Shown one piece after another: positions 53,601 to 59,960 of a DNA stretch of 64,000 bases. How positions within the stretch are numbered: position 1 is the stretch's first letter; each line of letters begins with the position of its first letter. Source of the stretch: Octopus bimaculoides (lineage: Eukaryota); NCBI RefSeq assembly GCF_001194135.2, contig NC_068987.1, positions 4,853,564 to 4,917,563 on the forward strand, read 5' to 3'. The notes under the pieces were generated by a model that searched no databases, was not told the DNA's origin, and saw only the letters and a list, made by a program, of their open reading frames with translations. A program made the position numbers and the translations under genes.

Positions 53601-56600
53601 ATTCTCAAGTGGATGTAGCTGATATAAAGACGAAATGATCACAGAACAATATAGTGTCGCTTGATTGAAAGCCTCAAATAATTTAGTAATTACAAATTTG
53701 GGTTTTTTTTAGTAAATCTAGACACTATATTTGATGCCTGCCAACATTGATGTCATTTCTCCATTCCTCCAGCAGTTGATAACAAGGAATAATGGGGAAG
53801 AGATGTTTTGGTGCTGCTGATTCAATGCTGACTTATTTGACATTGGACTTTCTCCCTCTCTGTTTATGTGTGTCAGCATATTTCTTTTCATGCATCTGAG
53901 GAGAAGGTAAGTGTTTATGTCAGTCATGTTCAATGAATAAATTGTGATGTTTCTCTCCCTTTTTATGTGCGTAAGCACCTAGCTATGTTTGTATGTGTTG
54001 TCTTTCTCTCTCTCCCTTCTCGTTTATATGAGGAGAGGAAAAGTATTTATGTCACCCGTGTTCACTTAAATTATAATGTCACTCTCCACATCTCTCTTTC
54101 TCTCTCTATGTAAATATTTGTGTGTGCATTTCTGCCTCTAATGCCAAAAGATACATTTCCCAAAACAGGTTCTGTATCCAGTCAACCATGCCAAATCACT
54201 AGCATCCAAACAACTACCACAAATCATCTTATTCTGGGAAATAAACATATGAAGAGAAGAAACTAGACTTTATGAGAGGAGTTAAAAATCTTTCCTTTCA
54301 CTCTGTACCACAAACCCAATGAAATGTTATATTTTTAAGAGCAACACTCATATATTATTCAGCAGCCACACTCAACCTAAATCCTCGTATAACATAAAAA
54401 AGCAGAGCAACTTACTTTCTGTGGCTTTCAGTTGACAGTTCATTCCATTAAGTTTTGTCAAATTTGCCTGGTCAAGATCCATTTTGGAAATTTGATTTGA
54501 AATAAACTTTTCGGCATCAAAACTCAGCTTGTAGATAGTTTCTGGTTTCTTGATACCATTCACAAGTTTTATATCTTTCACATCTTCCTCTTTTAATTGT
54601 TTCTTAAAACTACTCACATCTAATTCTTCTTTGATACCGTTCTTCCCTTCTTTCATAGCACCAACCTCTTCTTTCGATGCTGTAACCTCCTCTTTTACAT
54701 TTCTTACTTCTTGTTTCACAGTAATTTTCTTATCTAAACCCCGGCAGCCACTCTCATCCTCTTCTTTTATTGTTCCTACAACACTTGGTTCATCAACTTC
54801 CATAGAATTTTCATTATCATCACTCTCGGTCTTTAACTTTTTCTTACTTCCTTTCTCCACATCCTCCATCTTCATCATCTCTTTATCATCAGCTTTAGGG
54901 CTTTCAGCAGCTGCCATATCCTCCTCCTCCTCTTCTTCATTGTCACTCGTATTTGAATGTTCAACTTTTTTGGTATCAAGAATACGTGGTTTCTTTTGGT
55001 CAGAAATGTCTCTGTCATCCAGCGACTTCAGAGTGTTCTCTCTGCGCTTCTTACCCTCAAAATCCTTCACAGCTTCTTGCATTTGCTTATTTCCATTTGT
55101 ATCAGCCTTCTTCGTTGTGTCAGCAGAAGAACAAATATCATTATCCCCATCGGAGCCTGTGTCTTCACTTTTTGCTTCCACTTTAATAGTCACCTTCTTT
55201 TCAGCAATTTCAGTCTCTGAACTCGTTACATCTCTGTCATCATCCTTTTTAATGTTACTAATTACACTATCACTGCCACTTTTCTCTGATAATTTAGAAG
55301 GTTTTTCTTCCTTTGATGTTTCCTGTGTATCTTGATCTGGTTTGCTGTTGTCATTTGCATCAGCATCTGCATCTTTCTCAACTTCCATCTCTTCTTCATC
55401 AACTTGATCTGTAACAAAAACAGAAAAAAATAAATTAGCATTAATTATGCTAATTAGCATTATGTCAGACACTACATGTCTGATGACATAATCACATGCT
55501 TTAATTGAAAAAATATTTGGTGGTATTTCATAAAAATTTTTATGATTAAGCTGGTGTTTGAAATTAACCAAATTTATTGGGAAACATTTTTAATTTCACA
55601 ATCAACAATCAAAAATGAAAGAATTTGTATCATGAAACTAGAGGCAGTCTCAAGTTAATTGCAATCAAGAAAGTTGATATTTCAGATTCATCAACTGTTC
55701 AAAGTGTATGTAGCTTCAAGAACACAATATGAAACTATTGAAATTATGCTTTTGAGATTTGTAAAAAAAAAATTTTTTTTTTAAATAAAAATAAAAAAGT
55801 AATGAGAAACTGGTAAATGTGGCTGTATTTTATATGAATATCATGGAATCCATCTCCAGGTGGATTGGGAATATTTCCAGCAAACTTTGAAGTCATTTTT
55901 TTTTTATTATTACATAGTATATACTTCCTTTTCAAGTTCAGCTTTATAGCTTCACACTAGTATTTTCTTAAAATTAAAAAAAAAATATTTTTATCATCAC
56001 CATTTAACGTCCGTTTTCCATGCTGGCATGAGTTGGACGGTTTGACTAAGGTCTGGAGAGCCAGAAGGCTGCACCAGGCTCCAATCTGATCTGGCAATGT
56101 TTCTACAGCTGGATGCCCTTCCTAACACCAACCACTCCAAGAGTGTAGTTGGTGCATTTTACGTGCTATTGGCATTCGACTAAAATTCTTCAGAGCGGTA
56201 CCCCAACATGGCCGCAATTTAATGACCGAAACAAGCTTTAGCAGTTCGGCAAAAAAACTGAAACAATATCCCCGTCACTTAGCGGCTCGGCAAAAGAACC
56301 GAAATAATAAGTACCACGCTTTAAAAAATAAAAGAAATAAAAGAACTGAGGTCGATTCATTCGATTAAAATTTCTTCAGAGCGGTACCCCAACATGGCCG
56401 CAATTTAATGACCGAAACAAGCTGAAGATAGGTGCAAACACCAATACAATCACTTAGCTTAAGCTAACAAATCAAATTGGAGTTAATAGTAAATAATTTT
56501 GGCTGTAAAAATATGTCCATTACTTTATGCTTGCAACTTAGCTGGAAGAGTTTCAGTTCATTATATCACCTTATATTCGTTTCACGTTTTTACGCAAAAT

Positions 56601-59591
56601 ATCAGGTCTGCGGACAATGTGGAGACGAAGAAGAATGACTCCCACGATAGCATAAATACAACAGTTTTAAGGATAACAATAACCTAGACACCTTACATGA
56701 ATTCATTGAAAAGTCGTGTGAATGACTAAACAGACTGTTGAGAAAACAAAGAAATACTTCCAAAAAGTTTTTAGTCAGTGATTCGAGTCAGCTTCCATGC
56801 CTGTTGTCTCTATCAGTTGACTCTCGAGTCCACGCATGCGCAGCGAGGCTGATATCGCATTTAAAAACATTACACACACATATACGGGGGATGAGAAATT
56901 TCACATTTCACAACACATTTAACACGTCCAGTTGATAGTGATACAAATTCCTGACAGGTGGATGGCTTTAGGTAATACTAAACATGGAATGATAAAATAT
57001 TCCATACACAGAGCGCAACAAAATACCTGTAGCGAGTTTGAACCCGTGTTTCAGAACAAGTAGCTGACTACCTTCAGCCATTTTGCTACAATCCTAATTT
57101 ACCAAATATTTAAAGCGTTTTGTTTATGCCTAATAAAATGTTCTGTTATTTGTTCTGGATCTTAGATCTTTCTATCATCAGGAAAGCATCAGCAACAAAA
57201 TTCACATTCTGCTTCCACTAAGTCGACTAAATCTCATCCACATTTCGAATGCAAACTGGTCCAACACAAAATTAGACAGCTCACTGTTTTATTTCAAAAC
57301 TGCAGAGATTGATCTAATGAAATATATTCACATATAAGGGCTCACTTGTGGAATCATCTGTTTAAAGTGTCCACTTCACCAAACCACACACACGATGTAA
57401 CTAGTTAGGCGACATCAATTTGTACAGAGCTAAAAGAACCTTACAAAATTTATAATCGCAGAGTTTCGGACGATAAACACCCAATATTTATAGATATTGC
57501 AAATCAATGAAAAATGTCCTTTTGTAATTAGAAGTTACGTTTGATATTTATTTTACGAAACTTCGCTCTTGAAATTCAATGCACTTACAGAAGCACACTG
57601 AAACCGATTTCTTTCCACCCACCCACCCCACTAATATACAAAAAATTATATACAAAAAAAAAAGGCATTGAAATAATTATTCCATTAGTTAACAAAAAAC
57701 CAAGGAGGTACATGCAAAGTATTGTTTACACTGTACTTCAAGCAAATTTTATGTAAAGAAAACAGAAAAAAGTTGGGTGGACATTGGAATTAGACACTGA
57801 GGGAAAATGGCTGTAGCTTTTTTATTCTTTTATTTTGACGATTTTCGTTTTCGATAATGNNNNNNNNNNNNNNNNNNNNNNNNNNNNNNNNNNNNNNNNN
57901 NNNNNNNNNNNNNNNNNNNNNNNNNNNNNNNNNNNNNNNNNNNNNNNNNNNNNNNNNNNNNNNNNNNNNNNNNNNNNNNNNNNNNNNNNNNNNNNNNNNN
58001 NNNNNNNNNNNNNNNNNNNNNNNNNNNNNNNNNNNNNNNNNNNNNNNNNNNNNNNNNNNNNNNNNNNNNNNNNNNNNNNNNNNNNNNNNNNNNNNNNNNN
58101 NNNNNNNNNNNNNNNNNNNNNNNNNNNNNNNNNNNNNNNNNNNNNNNNNNNNNNNNNNNNNNNNNNNNNNNNNNNNNNNNNNNNNNNNNNNNNNNNNNNN
58201 NNNNNNNNNNNNNNNNNNNNNNNNNNNNNNNNNNNNNNNNNNNNNNNNNNNNNNNNNNNNNNNNNNNNNNNNNNNNNNNNNNNNNNNNNNNNNNNNNNNN
58301 NNNNNNNNNNNNNNNNNNNNNNNNNNNNNNNNNNNNNNNNNNNNNNNNNNNNNNNNNNNNNNCCAATGCAAGATTTGGATTGTCCGCGTTTAGCTGTTAT
58401 TTCTAGCATATCAAGTGTGGGGTGGGGGTGTAGGGAAGGGGGCTCCAAAAATTTTTTTAGGGGGAATCGCATGACCGTGACATATAGAACATATTATCGA
58501 AAACGAAAATCGTCAAAATTAAAAAATAAAAAAGTTACAGCCATTTTCCCCTCAGTGTCTAATTCCAATTAATATTGGCTTCGAATTTTAGCACAATGCC
58601 AGCAATTTGGGGGAGGGGAGTCGGTTACACTGACCCTAGTGCTTGACTGGTACATATTTTATCGACCGCAAAAGAACGAAAGGCAAAGTCGACCGCGGCG
58701 GAATTTGAACTCAGAACTTCAAGACGCTGAGTGTTTTTGTCCGGCGTGCTAACGATTCTGCCAGCTCTCCGCCTTGAACCTGCAGATGATATTATGATGT
58801 CTTGTAATCAAGAATAACATATCGACCTGATAATTAGTTTTGCAAATCGAATCAAAGTTAAGTTTGTCAGTTGTTCTGATCAAGCAATCGTTGATGATTG
58901 AGCCATGGTCTATGACAGCCCAACCATGACTATCGCGTCTTCGTCCCTAGATATATGGGTCTCTGTTATCCGAAGTATGCTTTTTTTGAGATCGTCGGAT
59001 GGAATGTGAGGGAAACTAGGCTGGACGCTCTACACACACCGTGACTATATAGAAAGTTTCCTTCAATTATATATTGCATAGTGTTTTATGCTGAAATCAA
59101 ACTGTGATATTTCGTTTATCATGCAATAAAAGCTGAGAATCTGCTCTGAACTAAAGGCTAAGGTAAACTACATCACATATATACAGACATTGGCGAGGAG
59201 TGTATACAAACATAACATACAAAGCTATTTATGAAAGTGAGAGATAGAATTTGCAATTAAATATTTACCAGGGTGAACGTAACTATTATTTAGTTTTCTT
59301 GCACCTACGCTAAATTAAAAATAAAAATCAGTTCAAATACAAACAATATTTCAGATTCCCTAAAGGTATATTTGCTAGAAAAAGGGAAAACGTGGAAATG
59401 TAAGAACAAAACAGGGTTTATAAGGAGGGTAAGTCAAACGTGCCGTAGGGAGGTCGGAATGAAGCATGTTACTCAATTATTCGAAATATATCTATATTTT
59501 AAATATAATTCTATGGTGGGAAAGAAGCCAATAATACTACACTACCTTTGCCTACTTCATCAGAGTCGGAAAATGTCGCAAGTGATGTCAT
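17832..59591 (-). CDS. SETDB1: Histone-lysine N-methyltransferase SETDB1/eggless (H3K9me3), 30 coding exons, about 1408 aa
   Basis: 30 exons total 4227 nt, all GT-AG with consistent phases. Triple Tudor ([26 protein letters not shown]), MBD ([19 protein letters not shown]), pre-SET ([18 protein letters not shown]), SET-N ([20 protein letters not shown]), long acidic SET insertion, SET-C ([22 protein letters not shown]), post-[16 protein letters not shown]. Confidence 0.97.
18062..18150 (-). CDS. SETDB1: SETDB1 exon 29 ([30 protein letters not shown])
   Basis: cttacag acceptor, CA|gtaagt donor. Confidence 0.97.
18666..18799 (-). CDS. SETDB1: SETDB1 exon 28, SET-C ([28 protein letters not shown])
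   Basis: ORF 18612-18944; AAT|gttagt donor. Confidence 0.96.
19528..19590 (-). CDS. SETDB1: SETDB1 exon 27 ([21 protein letters not shown])
   Basis: ttatag acceptor, G|gtaatt donor, phase 1/1. Confidence 0.8.
19991..20244 (-). CDS. SETDB1: SETDB1 exon 26, SET insertion ([33 protein letters not shown]...LPGL)
   Basis: ORF 19842-20252; G|gtgcgt donor chosen because it is phase-compatible. Confidence 0.82.
20265..20374. repeat. 55-bp tandem duplication next to the SETDB1 exon 26 acceptor
   Basis: AAATTTTAAAAGTAAT.AATTAATTAATCCTAGATTATGCTGTACACACCATATT x2. Confidence 0.9.
20493..21031. mobile_element. Palindromic tRNA-head / hammerhead-tail element, copy 1
   Basis: Inverted arms around the centre GCCCACGGGC. 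Each arm has an A box (TGGCGTAGTGG in the right arm), a B-box-like GAGTTYGATTC and a CTGATRAAGGCTG...CAGMCGAAA motif. 12-bp TSD AGAGCCAGTTAT (20481-20492 / 21032-21043). A (CAT)n-tailed repeat fragment is inserted at about 20922-21003. Confidence 0.8.
21189..21362. repeat. Near-perfect 174-bp hairpin (MITE-like)
   Basis: Arms of about 65 bp, GTACAACACTGCACTATAATACAAAC..CCATCCATAGT and its reverse complement. Confidence 0.75.
21435..21527 (-). CDS. SETDB1: SETDB1 exon 25, SET insertion ([31 protein letters not shown])
   Basis: ttgtag acceptor, TG|gttggt donor, phase 2/2. Confidence 0.78.
22982..23205. mobile_element. TTAA-flanked MITE copy
   Basis: TTAACCCCTTAGCATTCAG ... TAAAGGGTTAA. Confidence 0.68.
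23406..23575 (-). CDS. SETDB1: SETDB1 exon 24 ([29 protein letters not shown]...), start of the SET insertion
   Basis: ORF 23402-23584; CA|gtaaat donor. Confidence 0.95.
23958..24051 (-). CDS. SETDB1: SETDB1 exon 23, SET-N ([31 protein letters not shown])
   Basis: ttccag acceptor, GAG|gtatgt donor. Confidence 0.96.
25545..25820 (-). mobile_element. Abundant (GAT)n-tailed retroposon 3' end (family C)
   Basis: TTAGGAAGGGCATCCAGCTGTAGAAAC..CAACCCATGCTAGCATGGAAAGCGGA.GTTAAA, (GAT)n-tailed in most copies. Further copies at about 30725-30870, 31550-31800, 32520-32940, 34225-34410, 38365-38595, 41310-41450, 44740-44905, 48330-48580, 52250-52400, 55995-56175. Confidence 0.8.
25925..26029 (-). CDS. 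SETDB1: SETDB1 exon 22 ([35 protein letters not shown])
   Basis: tttcag acceptor, CG|gtaaga donor. Confidence 0.95.
26305..26426 (-). CDS. SETDB1: SETDB1 exon 21, pre-SET ([11 protein letters not shown]...[14 protein letters not shown])
   Basis: ORF 26301-26516; GG|gtaagg donor. Confidence 0.95.
26493..27113. mobile_element. Asymmetric palindromic element, family 2, with a hammerhead-like motif on both arms
   Basis: Long inverted arms; 14-bp TSD AATCTGAGACATTG (26479-26492 / 27114-27127); the terminal GAGATTTAAAAATAGTAATTTTCT is repeated in the central spacer; motif CTGATAGA-GGG-AAATAA-CCT-GGAA-ATCGCGAT-A. Confidence 0.78.
27371..27556 (-). CDS. SETDB1: SETDB1 exon 20, pre-SET start ([15 protein letters not shown]...SCDCTDGCR)
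   Basis: ORF 27305-27562; CGG|gtaatg donor. Confidence 0.95.
28003..28393. mobile_element. Family 2 element, second copy with one hammerhead-like motif
   Basis: 12-bp TSD ATAAAAGATCAA (27991-28002 / 28394-28405); TCTGTG-CTGATGA-AGGG-AAATAA-CCCG-GAAA-TGGCGA-TA-CACAGA at 28131-28175. Confidence 0.78.
28708..28891 (-). CDS. SETDB1: SETDB1 exon 19, MBD
   Basis: ORF 28579-28986: [22 protein letters not shown]...DLFTFDP; AAG|gtaggt donor. Confidence 0.95.
29650..29975 (+). mobile_element. RTE-clade LINE 3' end with C2H2-type motif and internal tandem duplication
   Basis: [18 protein letters not shown]...[19 protein letters not shown]; a segment of about 60 bp (..GAGTCTCGATGCTG..ATCACAGAGCAGCATCTGCCT) is duplicated. 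Confidence 0.72.
30148..30510 (+). mobile_element. tRNA-derived SINE family B, near full length
   Basis: GCTGTGTGGT-AAGAAG..CTTCCCAACCACATGGTTC.GGGTTCAGTCCC head, GGCAAGTGTCTT core, GGTTCGGCAAAAGAGACCGATAGAATAAG tail. Other copies at about 3063-3210, 8773-8925, 8985-9185(-), 14728-14812, 15070-15375, 22030-22200, 24700-24810(-), 32225-32360, 56170-56425. Confidence 0.8.
30540..30651 (-). CDS. SETDB1: SETDB1 exon 18 (PHECSPECV...[17 protein letters not shown])
   Basis: ttttag acceptor, AG|gtgagt donor; pre-MBD PHxC motif. Confidence 0.92.
31254..31328 (-). CDS. SETDB1: SETDB1 exon 17 ([25 protein letters not shown])
   Basis: tttcag acceptor, A|gtaagt donor. Confidence 0.83.
32076..32174 (-). 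CDS. SETDB1: SETDB1 exon 16 ([33 protein letters not shown])
   Basis: ttgcag acceptor, G|gtgagt donor. Confidence 0.83.
33179..33352 (-). CDS. SETDB1: SETDB1 exon 15 ([22 protein letters not shown]...AEKKR)
   Basis: ORF 33063-33365; cgccag acceptor, G|gtaaac donor. Confidence 0.85.
33719..33765 (+). ncRNA. Solitary type I hammerhead ribozyme motif (family 4)
   Basis: CTGTCA-CTGAAGA-GCT-AAAATCAG-AGT-GAAA-TCACATGA-TC-TGGCAG: helix I 6 bp, quasi-palindromic helix III, AUC triplet. Confidence 0.65.
33897..34038 (-). CDS. SETDB1: SETDB1 exon 14 (ARAETNKL...[22 protein letters not shown])
   Basis: ORF 33775-34017; catag acceptor, A|gtaagt donor. Confidence 0.9.
34964..35084 (-). CDS. SETDB1: SETDB1 exon 13 ([17 protein letters not shown]...[17 protein letters not shown])
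   Basis: ORF 34910-35125; ttgcag acceptor, TTG|gttagt donor. Confidence 0.95.
35205..35263 (-). CDS. SETDB1: SETDB1 exon 12, Tudor 3 ([20 protein letters not shown])
   Basis: ctcacag acceptor, TG|gtaaga donor. Confidence 0.93.
35855..35928 (-). CDS. SETDB1: SETDB1 exon 11 ([25 protein letters not shown])
   Basis: gtcag acceptor, GAA|gtaagt donor. Confidence 0.93.
36685..36758 (-). CDS. SETDB1: SETDB1 exon 10 ([24 protein letters not shown])
   Basis: ttccag acceptor, A|gtaagt donor. Confidence 0.95.
37283..37697. mobile_element. Unclassified asymmetric inverted-repeat element; second copy at about 42771-43150
   Basis: Shared arms (ACTGGTT..ATTTCACTTC / GTGAAA..AACCAGTG) and shared extension ATAATGACCCTCCCAA..CAACAAAAT..CAAGAATCTTG. 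Confidence 0.6.
37725..37812 (-). CDS. SETDB1: SETDB1 exon 9, Tudor 2 (AMYRDEE...[17 protein letters not shown])
   Basis: ttctag acceptor, AG|gtaaaa donor. Confidence 0.92.
39381..39643. mobile_element. Inverted-repeat element with a type I hammerhead on each arm (family 3)
   Basis: Arms of about 90 bp. Minus arm GCTCCTAGCAT-CTGATGA-G-ATGG..CCAT-GAAA-CTTCAAG-TC-ATGTGGAGC; plus arm has CTGATAA..GAAA-CTAAG-TC-ATGTGGAG. Confidence 0.72.
45130..45530 (-). mobile_element. Decayed RTE-clade LINE fragment
   Basis: [11 protein letters not shown]...[32 protein letters not shown] read across frameshifts and stops. Confidence 0.75.
46881..47374. mobile_element. Palindromic tRNA-head / hammerhead-tail element, copy 2 (opposite orientation)
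   Basis: Same arms as copy 1; 12-bp TSD CACAGGAATGAT (46869-46880 / 47375-47386); right tRNA head deleted; N gap inside the right hammerhead stem II. Confidence 0.8.
48119..48230 (-). CDS. SETDB1: SETDB1 exon 8 ([22 protein letters not shown]...KVGSRVV)
   Basis: tttcag acceptor, G|gtgagt donor; followed by a 10.3-kb intron. Confidence 0.92.
48644..48828. mobile_element. TTAA-flanked MITE (piggyBac-like termini); further copies at about 19100-19258, 22982-23205, 43688-43865
   Basis: TTAA-CCCTTTAGCATT ... AATGCTAAAGGG-TTAA terminal inverted repeats; the TTAA + CCCT signature is typical of piggyBac. Confidence 0.7.
48909..49005 (-). CDS. SETDB1: SETDB1 exon 7, Tudor 1 ([26 protein letters not shown])
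   Basis: tttcag acceptor, TCG|gtaagt donor. Confidence 0.9.
50399..50445 (-). CDS. SETDB1: SETDB1 exon 6 ([16 protein letters not shown])
   Basis: tttgccag acceptor, CT|gtaagt donor; bridges exon 5 (phase 0) to exon 7 (phase 2). Confidence 0.7.
51123..51207 (-). CDS. SETDB1: SETDB1 exon 5 ([28 protein letters not shown])
   Basis: tcacag acceptor, CAG|gtaggt donor, phase 2 in, phase 0 out. Confidence 0.72.
52496..52624 (-). CDS. SETDB1: SETDB1 exon 4 ([24 protein letters not shown]...), SIM-like motif
   Basis: cttacag acceptor, AC|gtgagt donor. Confidence 0.85.
52902..53184. mobile_element. hAT-like MITE
   Basis: Imperfect TIRs TAGCGGTTCTGAAC / GCTGAGAACCACTG resembling CAGTGGTTCTCAA ends; no clean TSD. 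Confidence 0.55.
53335..53422 (-). CDS. SETDB1: SETDB1 exon 3 ([29 protein letters not shown]), coiled-coil-like
   Basis: tttcag acceptor, AT|gtaagt donor. Confidence 0.85.
54416..55408 (-). CDS. SETDB1: SETDB1 exon 2, 993-nt acidic/Lys-rich N-terminal extension
   Basis: ORF 54372-55571; ttacag acceptor, A|gtaagt donor. Confidence 0.88.
57783..58569. mobile_element. TIR-bounded DNA element spanning an assembly gap
   Basis: Inverted repeats of about 75 bp (ATTGGAATTAGACACTGAGGG-AAAATGGCTGTA..TCGATAAT and reverse complement); interior mostly N. Confidence 0.6.
57860..58362. other. Assembly gap (largest; others at about 436-518, 3015-3050, 7396-7585, 28428-28444, 36814-36823, 38794-38814, 47202-47261)
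   Basis: N runs. Confidence 0.99.
59546..59591 (-). CDS. SETDB1: SETDB1 exon 1, coding part ([15 protein letters not shown])
   Basis: aaaATG in a CpG-containing promoter-proximal region; G|gtagtg donor, phase 1 matches exon 2. Other first exons are possible, and the N gap at 57860-58362 lies in this intron. Confidence 0.6.
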
Positions 59592-59679
59592 TTTGGTCGC
59601 TTCCAATGATTTTGCTCCGCTTATTTTTATACGAAAGCGTGCAACAAAGGATTTTTTTTTCTTCAGAGCTAGCCACAAT

Positions 59680-59960
59680 CACAGCAGCGCCATCTGCAGC
59701 GTCAAAGATTATCTCCCTTAAAGAAGTTTTTAATTTTATTTAATCTAAATAATTATCTGTATTAAAGAAACGTATAAACTTTTATTATGTAATTAGTAAT
59801 TTCTTTTCTTTCTCTTCCTCTTGTTTTTTGTATATTTTACTGTTCAGGCACCGAAAAGATAAAAATTTTCAAAAATTGGCAATAACCGGTCTGATTCTTA
59901 CGCATGCGTGGATTTGTATGCGCAAGCGCACATATTTGTGATCGCGCGGACACGCAAAGT
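59680..59960 (-). promoter_or_regulatory. Probable SETDB1 promoter
   Basis: NRF1-like palindromes ACGCATGCGT (59900-59909) and TGCGCAAGCGCA (59919-59930); YY1-like AGATGGCG on - at about 59688-59695; CpG-retaining; 100-350 bp upstream of the ATG at 59591. Confidence 0.55.

Noticed and set aside
54550-55335. 261-aa plus-strand ORF (also 54953-55186, 54957-55220)
   Set aside because: Antisense shadow of the K/E/D-rich SETDB1 exon 2; S/F/L-rich with no independent support.
57790-58572. Long ORFs in the track
   Set aside because: Artefacts of translating through an N gap.
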